A stretch of DNA of 64,000 nucleotides from Patescibacteria group bacterium (GTDB taxonomy: Bacteria; Patescibacteriota; Patescibacteriia; Patescibacteriales; UBA12465): NCBI GenBank assembly GCA_041656935.1, contig JBBACQ010000001.1, forward strand, positions 29,459 to 93,458, written 5' to 3'. The position numbers were made by a program, and so were the translations under genes. The notes below the pieces were generated by a model. That model was given only the letters and a program-made list of their open reading frames with translations, searched no databases and was not told the origin of the DNA. Of this stretch, positions 53,445 to 63,126 are shown one piece after another. Numbering within the stretch: position 1 is the first letter of the stretch; every line of letters starts with the position of its first letter.

Positions 53445-54512
53445 TTAATCTTCAATACACCTAATAGAACTACCATAAATACGATAATGGCTGTAGATAT
53501 CGGCTCCACTGGACCACCAACCTAAATATTTAGTATTAGTACTATCAACGGTAGATGACCAAACGTAGGCACCAACCCCCACATTAGATAAATTGGCATT
53601 ATTAATTCTAACCCCGGCCACCGGCCACTTAAGAGCTGAACCAAAAGCACCAGCAGTGTTTTGCGACGCCCAACTTAATCTTTCGTTATTAAGTTCAGTA
53701 TAGGTAGGAATCCTGAAACCAGTCGGACAAGGATTATTAGTTCCACTAATTCCCTGCCAAAGATTAGCACTTTGAGGGTTCCTCCAATCATAAGGGGCTG
53801 AAGCATAAGTAATAAAATTACTATGACCAGGTGTATCAGTAGAGCTTCTAGTAACGGTAGTACCGCTAGTCCTTACTTGATGGCCATCGTCATCTCTTCC
53901 CCATTGGAATAAATGACCATAACAATTAGTATCAACGGCTGAAGCGCAAACTTGAGTTGCCCCTAAATTACGATCCAACCAACAATCACCGGTAGTCTCA
54001 TTTATCACCGTTTCATAAATTACTGGAGCCCCATTATAAATAAATGGAACAGTATATCCAGCATCACCACACTGCAGTGGAGGATTGGTTATCCCTATTG
54101 GACTAGCCTCTTTAACCCCTGAAGATAAACTAGCCACTGAGCCACCTAGACAAAAAGAAAGTACATAAGAACCATTATCTGTTCCTGTCTCACTATAAAC
54201 ATATTGATTACTATTTTCATCGCAACTACCGTCAGGGGGAGTCGGAGCTTGAGGAAATATTTCCATGTAAGCCCTAGCTCCAGAACGAATAGAACTGGTA
54301 ACCGAAGAAGAGACCGGATAAAAACCATTATCATTGAAATACCACTCTAAAGAAGTTTGAATTTGTCTAACATCGGCTATTCTCTTAGTATCTCGAGCGC
54401 TTTTTCGAGCATTTTGTAGGGCTACTACGGCTAAAGTAGCTAATATTCCAATAATAGCGATTACGACTAATAACTCTACTAGAGTAAAAGCTTTTTCTTT
54501 TAATTTAAACAT
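53445..54512 (-). CDS. Type IV pilin-like protein with C-terminal Fib_succ_major-type domain
   Basis: EKAFTLVELLVVIAIIGILATL prepilin motif. The N-terminal about 140 aa is paralogous to 17399-19120. The C-terminus has YGHLFQWGR, CPTGFRIPT and SIRC, typical of the Fibrobacter succinogenes major paralogous domain. Confidence 0.8.
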   Translation of the reverse strand: MFKLKEKAFTLVELLVVIAIIGILATLAVVALQNARKSARDTKRIADVRQIQTSLEWYFNDNGFYPVSSSVTSSIRSGARAYMEIFPQAPTPPDGSCDENSNQYVYSETGTDNGSYVLSFCLGGSVASLSSGVKEASPIGITNPPLQCGDAGYTVPFIYNGAPVIYETVINETTGDCWLDRNLGATQVCASAVDTNCYGHLFQWGRDDDGHQVRTSGTTVTRSSTDTPGHSNFITYASAPYDWRNPQSANLWQGISGTNNPCPTGFRIPTYTELNNERLSWASQNTAGAFGSALKWPVAGVRINNANLSNVGVGAYVWSSTVDSTNTKYLGWWSSGADIYSHYRIYGSSIRCIED

Positions 54513-55937
54513 TTATTTTTTCTTTAAGTTAATCTTTCCATTAATTAAATCTTCGACACTATAACCTAAGCTATCTAATTTCTCTCTTAACTCATCTGAC
54601 TTAGAAAAATTTTTATTTTTTCTCGCCTCAATCCGCTCTTCTAAAATTTTTTTAACTTTGTCTGGCAAAACAACCAAGTCCTCCGCCTCTTCTTCTGCTT
54701 TTTTATCTAACCTAAGGCCCCAAACTAAATCAAAATCTAAAATCGTAGCTAATTTATCTCTATTGGATAAATCAGATTTAAATATTTCTGAAATTAAAGA
54801 TAAGGTTTTCGGAATATTAAAATCATCTAATAAATACTCTAAAAATTTGTCTTTAAATTTTTTATCAACCACCCCAATATCTTCACCAAGTTTTTCCATT
54901 TTACTAACCAAAGAACTCAAACCTTTTTGCGACGCCTTTAAAGACTCAAAAGTGAAGTTTTGTTTTGATCTATAATGCGCCTGAGAGAAGAAAAATCTCA
55001 AGGACATTGCTGAAAAACCCTTACCTAAAATATCTGCTAAACTAAAACTGGTTCCCTCTGATTTAGCCATTTTACCATCGTTTACTAATAAATGTTCATT
55101 ATGTACCCAATAATTAGCCAGCTGGACCCCAGTAACGGCCTCACTCTGAGCTATCTCGTTGCTGTGATGGACACTAACATGCTCTATTCCACCCATGTGA
55201 ATATCAATCGTATCACCCAAGAATCTCCGAATCATAGCGGAACACTCTAGATGCCAACCAGGAAATCCCTGGCCATCTTTAACCAAGGGAGAAAAGAAAG
55301 GTGATGACCAAAACTGTAAAGCATTTTTATGAGTTCCAGCTTTAAAAAACCATAGAGCAAAATCATTTTGATTTTTCTTTTGCGAATCATTAACGCTTCC
55401 CTGCCCAGCTCCACTTTTATTTTTTTCTAACTTACGACGGGAAAGTTTATTATAATTTTTAAATTTATCTATTTCAAAATAAATAGCCAAATCGGTAACA
55501 TAAGCATATCCTTTAGCAATTAATAATTGTATAATATCAATCATTTCATCGATATTTTCCGTAGCTCGAGGCTTAAAATTAGGCTCTAAAATATTAATCG
55601 CCGAAACATCAGTTTCATAAATTTCAATAAATTTATCAGCCACACTATTAGGTTTTAAATTCTCCTTTTTAGCTGTTATTTCTATTTTGTCTTCACCATC
55701 ATCTTCATCTGACACCAAATGACCAACATCGGTATAATTTCTCACCATAGAAACATCATAATTTAAATATTTAAAAGTTCGGTGAATAATATCAGCACAA
55801 TAAGAACCCCTTAAATTACCAATATGTTGCGTCCAATAAACAGTCGGACCACAGTAATAAAAAGACAACCGGCCGGCTTTAATGGGCTTAAATTCCTCTT
55901 TTTTCCTGGTTAAAGTATTATACAAAAATATCTTCAT
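54513..55937 (-). CDS. cysS: Cysteinyl-tRNA synthetase
   Basis: HIGNLR (HIGH) and KMAKS (KMSKS) motifs with Zn-site Cys contexts (CGPTVY, HLECS). Confidence 0.95.
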   Translation of the reverse strand: MKIFLYNTLTRKKEEFKPIKAGRLSFYYCGPTVYWTQHIGNLRGSYCADIIHRTFKYLNYDVSMVRNYTDVGHLVSDEDDGEDKIEITAKKENLKPNSVADKFIEIYETDVSAINILEPNFKPRATENIDEMIDIIQLLIAKGYAYVTDLAIYFEIDKFKNYNKLSRRKLEKNKSGAGQGSVNDSQKKNQNDFALWFFKAGTHKNALQFWSSPFFSPLVKDGQGFPGWHLECSAMIRRFLGDTIDIHMGGIEHVSVHHSNEIAQSEAVTGVQLANYWVHNEHLLVNDGKMAKSEGTSFSLADILGKGFSAMSLRFFFSQAHYRSKQNFTFESLKASQKGLSSLVSKMEKLGEDIGVVDKKFKDKFLEYLLDDFNIPKTLSLISEIFKSDLSNRDKLATILDFDLVWGLRLDKKAEEEAEDLVVLPDKVKKILEERIEARKNKNFSKSDELREKLDSLGYSVEDLINGKINLKKK

Positions 55938-55938
55938 A

Positions 55939-57048
55939 TTATGATTTATTTAGCTTTTTCATTAATTTAGCATAAAATTCCAAATTATTCAAAGTGGCTA
56001 ACTTTTGTCCTAAACCCTCATTCACTTTGAAAAGATAATTTAAAAAAGCCAAAGAATATTCTTTTAAATCATCTAGGTCAGACTTTGGATTAATTTTACC
56101 TAAATTTTTGCTCCAAACAAAATTTTTAATATTGGTTTCTTTATAAAAATTAACTGAATTAATTTTATCATTTTTAAAATTATAAAGTTTTCCATGCCGA
56201 CCTTCACGTGTCGGGATGACACAATCGAACATATTCCAGCCCATCTTATAGCACCGATAAATGTCCGCTGGAGTCCCAATGCCTAAAGCGAACTTTATTT
56301 TATCATCGGGAATAATTTTAGCTGTATAATCTAAAATATCAAATAAAAAATCTCCTTTTTCATCTACCGGTCGAGCTCCGAATCCATAACCAGCAAAAGG
56401 AATTTTCATCCCCAAAAACTCACTTTCGGAAATTTCCAATAAACCATCTAAACATTTTTTTCTTAAATTTTTATTCTCTCCCCCCTGAATAACTGCAATT
56501 AACTTCGGAATTTGGTTTTCTTTTAATTTTCTTTTTTTAATTTGCCGTATATATTCCTGATGACAACGCTTGGCCCAAGAAATTGTTCTATCAACTGCCA
56601 AAGATATCTTCTGGTCAGAAAAACTATTCGGCGGGCAATCATCAAAACAAACCATAAAATCAACGCCTAAATCAAATTGAATTTTAATCGATTTTTCTGG
56701 AGTAATTTCATGCCGGGATCCATCTAGGGGAGATTTGAAAATAACTCCATTATCATCAATTTTCCCCATTTTAGGATTATTATGAACTAAAGAAAAAATT
56801 TGAAAACCACCACTATCTGATAATAAGGGACCATCCCAATTCATAAATTTATGAATGCCCCCCGCTTTTTTAATAACATCAATCCCCGGTTGTAAATATA
56901 AATGAAAGGTATTAACAACTAGAGCCGAAATGCCAGTTGAGAGGATATCATTATTACTGCACATCTTTATAAATCCCCGAGTAGCATCGGGCATAAAAAT
57001 AGGCAATTTTAAATCTCCATGAATTGTTTTTATCTTTTTTATTTTCAT
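55939..57048 (-). CDS. tgt: tRNA-guanine transglycosylase (queuine tRNA-ribosyltransferase) lacking the zinc site
   Basis: LSDSGGFQ, FDDCPP, VIQGG, LGIGTPADI and FDCVIPTREGRHG are conserved. The CxCxxC...H zinc ligands are replaced (region KSDLDDLKEYSLAFLNYL...TLNN). Confidence 0.9.
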   Translation of the reverse strand: MKIKKIKTIHGDLKLPIFMPDATRGFIKMCSNNDILSTGISALVVNTFHLYLQPGIDVIKKAGGIHKFMNWDGPLLSDSGGFQIFSLVHNNPKMGKIDDNGVIFKSPLDGSRHEITPEKSIKIQFDLGVDFMVCFDDCPPNSFSDQKISLAVDRTISWAKRCHQEYIRQIKKRKLKENQIPKLIAVIQGGENKNLRKKCLDGLLEISESEFLGMKIPFAGYGFGARPVDEKGDFLFDILDYTAKIIPDDKIKFALGIGTPADIYRCYKMGWNMFDCVIPTREGRHGKLYNFKNDKINSVNFYKETNIKNFVWSKNLGKINPKSDLDDLKEYSLAFLNYLFKVNEGLGQKLATLNNLEFYAKLMKKLNKS

Positions 57049-57054
57049 AAAAAA

Positions 57055-59085
57055 TTATCTTACTCGACCATCATTACTAAAAACAGCAATATCGTCATCT
57101 TCTAGCTTGCTAGTTTTAGCCCCAGTTTTTTTAACAATTCGATCTTCAGTTTCAACATCAACTGCTTCTAAAGTAGAGCCCGAAGATAAGATGATAATTT
57201 TATTATATTCTGAATCTCCAGGAACTATACCAATAGCAAAATTAGCTTCAATTTTATCAATCCCTAAGGGCCAACGACTAATAGTCCAAACAACTCGATT
57301 CTCTAGGGGGTCAAAACTAAGATTTCCGGCACTAACCAAGAAATCATTTTCCCAAAAAATATAATCAGGCAAATCCAACTCCACCTTAACATCTCTTAAC
57401 TCATGCAAGGAATTTTTTAAAGTCCAATAGTATTTAAAAGTGGTCTTTTCACCAACGACTGGAGGCAAGGGTCCTGAGCCAACCGGAATATTATCCTCAT
57501 TAAAATAAAGAACCGCTTCATCTATAGATAAATTGCTGTTTATTTTATTAGAGATTGTATTACTACGATTATCGGTTAATCTTTCCGACTCATCTGAAAA
57601 GTCCTCTAAATTACCAATACTAAACTGGGCATAACTTTTTACCTCTAAATTTTGACCAAATTCTATTTTTTTAAAATCAGCCACATTAATAGAAAACCTT
57701 ATCTCTCCACTTTGGCCCGGATCTAGCTCTTTCAACTCCGATAATTCTCTAAAAGACCAACTAATAGTTTTACGACCAACATTCCCGCCAAAAGGATCGT
57801 CTACTTTGTTCCAATCCAAGAAAGCACTATCCAAGACAGCCATAATTACTAAATCTTTCATCTTCTTATCGCCTTTATTAGAATAACTGATGACATAATT
57901 TAATTTATCGCCAAAATTTACCGGCTTATCATTAGAAGAATCGTTAACCGAAATATTTAAATGTAAATCACTTTTAATAATTTCTAATTGATACTCTTTT
58001 TCAAAAAACGAAAATTCTTTTTCATTTTCATCAACATACTTTAAGCGCCAAGAAAAAGACTCTTGATCTGATGTTTTTTGAGAAATCTTATATTTAAAAA
58101 TAATATTGTCTATATTATTAGAAAGTAATTTTATTTTAAAATTGACATCATCAATTTTTTCGATTTCAAAATTAGCCGGTTCTTCACTAACAACCGGATC
58201 GGCTAATATTGAGAAAACATCGCTTGAGGTATTAAAAGAAATAATAACTTCATCTATTTCTTCAAATGGAAAATCTTTAAAAGATAATTTCAAAGGATAT
58301 TCTTCGCCCGCTAAAATTGTGGAAAAATATTCATCATTAATTTGAAAAGGTAAACTTCCAACCACCACCGAACATAAGGATTCTTTACTAAAATGAGAGG
58401 ACAAACCGCTAATCTCATAACTACTCTTAACTGAAAGCAGATTATTAGACCCCTCTTTATTTATTATCTTCCCTCTAATTTTTATTTTTCCACTAATTTT
58501 AGCCCCCAAGCTCTCTAATTCCCATACTTTATTATCAGAAAAAGAATCAATCGAATAAATCTCTGCTAAAACAAAATTCTCTGGATAGCTCACCTCTAAT
58601 TTTATATTATTCAAAGTGTAATTACTAGAATTACGATACTCAATTTCATAGACAAAGTCTTCTCCCCAAACAACCCGAGAAGGAGCTGAAACTTTTATTT
58701 CTAAAACCGAAGAAACATTCCTATTATTTTTTATATAATTAAAAACAAAATAAAAAAGTGAGCCGAGAAAAACAGAAAAGATTAAAAAATAAACAAAAAA
58801 GTGAAGAAAGCCTCTTTTCTTCTTTATTTGAATCGTCTTAAAATCGGGCATATTGCCTTCATCACTATAAATCTCTAATAAATTACTCTCTATTTCTTTT
58901 TCCGTTAACTCTGATTTCAACTTTTCCTCATAATCTAACCCAATATTATCTTCCTCTAGTTTTTCAACCTTAATTTCTTCTTTTTTGAGATTTTTCAAAG
59001 AATTTTTCTTTTCCTCTTCAGTTTTTTTAATCTTATGCTTTTTAAAAACCAAATCACTCTCCTTTTTATTCTTTTTTATTTTCAT
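57055..59085 (-). CDS. Large membrane-anchored hypothetical protein (beta-rich repeats)
   Basis: 676 aa with a charged N-terminus, one TM (FLHFFVYFLIFSVFLGSLFYFVF) and a long extracytoplasmic region with DUF11-like repeat character. Confidence 0.55.
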   Translation of the reverse strand: MKIKKNKKESDLVFKKHKIKKTEEEKKNSLKNLKKEEIKVEKLEEDNIGLDYEEKLKSELTEKEIESNLLEIYSDEGNMPDFKTIQIKKKRGFLHFFVYFLIFSVFLGSLFYFVFNYIKNNRNVSSVLEIKVSAPSRVVWGEDFVYEIEYRNSSNYTLNNIKLEVSYPENFVLAEIYSIDSFSDNKVWELESLGAKISGKIKIRGKIINKEGSNNLLSVKSSYEISGLSSHFSKESLCSVVVGSLPFQINDEYFSTILAGEEYPLKLSFKDFPFEEIDEVIISFNTSSDVFSILADPVVSEEPANFEIEKIDDVNFKIKLLSNNIDNIIFKYKISQKTSDQESFSWRLKYVDENEKEFSFFEKEYQLEIIKSDLHLNISVNDSSNDKPVNFGDKLNYVISYSNKGDKKMKDLVIMAVLDSAFLDWNKVDDPFGGNVGRKTISWSFRELSELKELDPGQSGEIRFSINVADFKKIEFGQNLEVKSYAQFSIGNLEDFSDESERLTDNRSNTISNKINSNLSIDEAVLYFNEDNIPVGSGPLPPVVGEKTTFKYYWTLKNSLHELRDVKVELDLPDYIFWENDFLVSAGNLSFDPLENRVVWTISRWPLGIDKIEANFAIGIVPGDSEYNKIIILSSGSTLEAVDVETEDRIVKKTGAKTSKLEDDDIAVFSNDGRVR

Positions 59086-59218
59086 ATTTTTATATTTTCA
59101 TATAATTAATAGTGCTACTTTGTTTTTTAGCTAAATGCAAGAAACAAGAAAGCCTAAACAAATTTAGATTTAATCTAATTTGTCCCAATTAATTTTATAT
59201 GAATTTAATTTATATTAA

Positions 59219-61939
59219 TTATTCTAAAATAGTGACCAAATATCTGTCTATATCTAAAATTTCAGAGAAAATAACGCTGTCCGAAGAATTACTAATATTT
59301 TCTGGATGAGACCAACTAGAAATTAAATTTAAATTATTCGTTATTTTTAAATCTAAATTGGAATCCAAGGCCCCCGGTTGTTTCTGCCATAGCAAAGAAT
59401 AATTTTTCTTTTTTTCTTTTCTAAATATGTCTAATAGCGAAAAGGGATTACTAGCTTGAAAACGATAATTAAAATTAAAAGGCAATTTATACTCTAACTC
59501 TAAAATTACTTCCTGCCCGGGATCAACCATGGTCCAATTAGCAAAGACTGTTTTATTTAGCTCTTGATATATTTTTGTCCCGCTTTCTAAATTAATCTCA
59601 GCTCGATTCTCACCACTCTCTAACAGACTATTTTTTTCATAAAAATCTTCAGTTTTTTTAAAATAAGAACTATCCGGCTGAGAAAATCCTGTCGAAGAGA
59701 TTAAGGTGCTACCCAAAGGAACATAAATTCGAAGCCAGTCGACATTTCTAACACCTGAAAATAGATCTCCTTTGGTTCCTAAATGTTTTCTTTTTATCGT
59801 CAATTTATTAATAATATTACCATCTTCATCTATTTTTACTTCTAAATCAAATTTATTCTCAATATAGAGATCGGTTTTTCCGCCGGCAATATTAGAATTA
59901 ACTATCATTAAATAATCAAAGGAAGAACCCTTAACCCGACCAGCCCAAGAACGATTTTCGACCTCAGTCTGTAAATTAGAATTATCGAAGTATAATAATA
60001 TATTTTTCTTATTTAAATTATTTTCTAAAATTTTAGAAGTTTTAACTAATAAATCTTTATCGAAATTATTAGAAAAATAACCTATAACCTCTGACATCAA
60101 ATCACCAATTATTTTTTTAGGTTCATTTTTTAAAAACCCATTCTCTTCTAAAAGATCAGACGAATCATTTTTTTCTTTCTCCGTTTCTTCAAGCAAGAGA
60201 TCAGCCGAATCACTCTCAACAGCTATATTATTTTCCAAATTATCAGCCAATTCTTTTTCTAACTCTACCCTACTTAGAATATCAGTTTTTAAAACTTTGT
60301 CCTGATAGACTTCTGGTTGGCCGACAACCTCAACAATTTCCTGAATTATCTCCCAAAAATTATTGGAATCAATAATCACTCCGTATTTATCAGTCATATT
60401 AATTGGACCAGTTATTTCTAAAATATCTCCCAAAACATCAGGGGTTATACCAATAACTCCATCAACACTGGAACCACCACTTTTATCATAAAACCAAGCT
60501 AAGTTTTGCGCCGACACCTTCCAATCTGGCCACCAATTAGCATCCCAAAAATGCCATAATGGTCGAACTAGATGAAGCGGTTTAGGAGATTGAACTAAAA
60601 CCTGCATTCCACCCTCAGTATCATAAGAGCCCCCTGCTGGAACCTCAATTTTTTTTATTTTTCCTCTACTCAAATCAACCAAGGCATAACTGCCTATAAA
60701 GCCACCAGTCGCTCTAATTTCATTATTATTTTGAAAAACCACCAAGTACCTTTTATCATTCTTGAATCCTAAAAAATTTTCCAAACCAGCTATAATTCGG
60801 GGTAAATTATCTAAATTTTTATTTAAAATATTAATCTTCTTCTCAATATCTAAAAATTGTTCTTGATATTCATCTGGAACAGAGCTTAATTTTATTTTTT
60901 TAAAATATTTACTAACCTTCTTAAAATCAGCTTCCGTTTTTTGAATATAAGTTATTAAATCAGTTAAATCATCTTCAGTTGAAGAATCAGAAAATGTTTT
61001 TATTAAACTGTTTAAAGCTAAACTAAAATTATCACCCGCTGAAGATAAATAGATTCCAACTTTGGCAATATTTTTAGACTCTGAGGCTAATTTCAAATCT
61101 TCCTTGCTAGAAAAAGAAGCTAAAAAGATAACAAATTGATCTATATTCTTAAGCTCCTCTTCAAATAATAGAAAATTCTGCCCAGCTTGAAAAAAATTAT
61201 TTTGGGCATTACTAAGATCTAAATTAGATACTCCCTCCGAGGCTAAAATAAAATTTTCTAAACCCTGCTGAGAATATTTTTCTAGATTACTTTTGATACT
61301 ATTGTTTTTAGCTAATTTATAATAACTAAAAACCTTGAAAGGAATTATTAATAAGAATAATAACAAAATAAATAGCCCGATAGTCTTTTTCCCTGACGGA
61401 ACCTTATAATCTAATACTTTAAAACTAATTTTAGGAGGATTAATTTTTGCTATTATTTTTTCTGGTTTTAATTCTAATAATGGTTTCTTCTTTTTTTTAC
61501 TAAAAACATTTTTTTTAACAAAGATAAAAAGGTTAAGAAAAATTTTCTTCAGAACTCTAGTTGAAAAAATTAAAAAAACAAAAAACAAATGAAATACTCT
61601 TCTAACAACTCCAAACTTTTGGAAGAATTTAAATATATCGATAATCCAATCAAGAAAAAAATAAAAAATTACTTTTATAATTTTAAAAAAGAATAAAAAC
61701 ACCTGAAAAATAAAAATTTGTTTTAATCTGGAAAAATTTAAATTATCTCCGTAATCTCTTATTTTCTGAAAAAAATTAAATCTTTTTTTATTTTTTTTTA
61801 CAAAAGGAAGTGGCAATGGTTTTATTCTAGATGATTCACTAATCTCTGGTTTAATTTCTGCCGGAGAACTTAAATCAACCACAAATTCAGAGGATTGATC
61901 ATTATCCGATATATCAATTCTATATTTTTTTATATTCAT
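59219..61939 (-). CDS. DUF4012 domain membrane protein
   Basis: 906 aa. RYLVVFQNNNEIRATGGFIGSYALVDL is the DUF4012 signature. N-terminal TMs. A 4-nt overlap with the upstream GT4 gene. Confidence 0.75.
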   Translation of the reverse strand: MNIKKYRIDISDNDQSSEFVVDLSSPAEIKPEISESSRIKPLPLPFVKKNKKRFNFFQKIRDYGDNLNFSRLKQIFIFQVFLFFFKIIKVIFYFFLDWIIDIFKFFQKFGVVRRVFHLFFVFLIFSTRVLKKIFLNLFIFVKKNVFSKKKKKPLLELKPEKIIAKINPPKISFKVLDYKVPSGKKTIGLFILLLFLLIIPFKVFSYYKLAKNNSIKSNLEKYSQQGLENFILASEGVSNLDLSNAQNNFFQAGQNFLLFEEELKNIDQFVIFLASFSSKEDLKLASESKNIAKVGIYLSSAGDNFSLALNSLIKTFSDSSTEDDLTDLITYIQKTEADFKKVSKYFKKIKLSSVPDEYQEQFLDIEKKINILNKNLDNLPRIIAGLENFLGFKNDKRYLVVFQNNNEIRATGGFIGSYALVDLSRGKIKKIEVPAGGSYDTEGGMQVLVQSPKPLHLVRPLWHFWDANWWPDWKVSAQNLAWFYDKSGGSSVDGVIGITPDVLGDILEITGPINMTDKYGVIIDSNNFWEIIQEIVEVVGQPEVYQDKVLKTDILSRVELEKELADNLENNIAVESDSADLLLEETEKEKNDSSDLLEENGFLKNEPKKIIGDLMSEVIGYFSNNFDKDLLVKTSKILENNLNKKNILLYFDNSNLQTEVENRSWAGRVKGSSFDYLMIVNSNIAGGKTDLYIENKFDLEVKIDEDGNIINKLTIKRKHLGTKGDLFSGVRNVDWLRIYVPLGSTLISSTGFSQPDSSYFKKTEDFYEKNSLLESGENRAEINLESGTKIYQELNKTVFANWTMVDPGQEVILELEYKLPFNFNYRFQASNPFSLLDIFRKEKKKNYSLLWQKQPGALDSNLDLKITNNLNLISSWSHPENISNSSDSVIFSEILDIDRYLVTILE

Positions 61940-63111
61940 AAAACGCTATCTAAATAAATTTTCCAAGTTTGAAAAGCACATTCCCACCAATTATATTTTT
62001 TTTGATGTTCCTTCCCCATTTTTATCATCTTAGAACGCAAATCAACATCACTAATAATAAGGTTAAATTTATCGAGGAAATCTTGTTTATCTCGAGGATC
62101 GAAATACAAAGCTGATTCTCCAAGAATTTCTGGCATACTACTCTCATTAGAACTTAATACTGGACAACCCTTAGCCATAGCTTCAAGCGGAGGCAAACCA
62201 AAGCCCTCATATAAAGAAGGAAAAACATAGACCAAGGCCTTTTGATAAAAAATTTCTAATTTCTCATCAGGGACATATCCGGCGAAAATAACTGGATTAT
62301 CTTTAAAATTAGAAAAAATTTTATTAGATAGATCTTTTAAATTTTTATAAAAATAGTCTTCTCGACCAACTAAAACCAACCTTAAACTATTATCTTTTTT
62401 ATAAATATCCAAAAAACAATCTAATAAAAAATCTAAATTTTTATGAGGATAAGCATTACCAACATATAATAAAAATTTATTATTAATATTATAGTCAACC
62501 AAAACTTCCCGATTGTCTAATTTGGAAACAAATAAAGAATCTCTTCCCTTAGCCAAATTGGCTACCCCCTCATAAATAACCTCTATTTTTTCTGGCTTAA
62601 TTTTAAATTGCTCAATAATATCGTCTTTAGTAAAATTAGAAACTGTTATTATTTTTCGAGCCGATTGAAGACCTTTTCTAATTATAATTCGATAGGCTAG
62701 GTTTTTTAATTGATAAATAAATGGATGCAAGGTAGTAGCTCGAATAGTTTTAAATTTTGTTAAGATCAAATCGTGAATAGTTATAACAAACTTTGTTGGA
62801 ACAAAAAAAGGAATATTAAAATGAGGAAAATGAATTAAATCTAATTTCTCTCGCCAAATATAAAAAGGGAAAAATATCTGTTCCTCCCAAGTATACCATC
62901 TAATATTAACTAAAACTTTCTTAACATTAGGATAATCGCTGATAATTAATTCATCAAAATTTTCCTTTACCAAAAAAATAACATAATCATTAGATTGATC
63001 TAGCTTAATAACATTATCTACTATTTCTTGTATATAACGCCCTAGCCCCTTACCAGTTGGACCATAAAAACGAGCATCAATGCCTATTCTTTTTTTCTTT
63101 ATATTTTTCAT
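61936..63111 (-). CDS. Glycosyltransferase family 4 (GT-B fold)
   Basis: C-terminal EGFGLPPLEAMAKGCPV (E-x7-E context) typical of GT4. Confidence 0.88.
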   Translation of the reverse strand: MKNIKKKRIGIDARFYGPTGKGLGRYIQEIVDNVIKLDQSNDYVIFLVKENFDELIISDYPNVKKVLVNIRWYTWEEQIFFPFYIWREKLDLIHFPHFNIPFFVPTKFVITIHDLILTKFKTIRATTLHPFIYQLKNLAYRIIIRKGLQSARKIITVSNFTKDDIIEQFKIKPEKIEVIYEGVANLAKGRDSLFVSKLDNREVLVDYNINNKFLLYVGNAYPHKNLDFLLDCFLDIYKKDNSLRLVLVGREDYFYKNLKDLSNKIFSNFKDNPVIFAGYVPDEKLEIFYQKALVYVFPSLYEGFGLPPLEAMAKGCPVLSSNESSMPEILGESALYFDPRDKQDFLDKFNLIISDVDLRSKMIKMGKEHQKKYNWWECAFQTWKIYLDSVL

Positions 63112-63126
63112 TTAGTTTTTAAGCTC

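Noticed and set aside
1628-58345. Antisense or embedded ORFs from the six-frame track: 1628-1879, 4505-4717, 9260-9445, 11537-11776, 11547-11876, 25040-25273, 29135-29320, 29435-29803, 30431-30652, 32690-32917, 35986-36180, 35993-36196, 44699-44959, 46152-46337, 46812-47186, 52572-52862, 54146-54334, 54658-54975, 57107-57364 and 58106-58345
   Set aside because: Each lies wholly inside a longer, well-supported gene, on the opposite strand or in another frame. Their sequences are low-complexity (Ser/Leu/Phe/Lys-rich), typical of random frames in AT-rich DNA.
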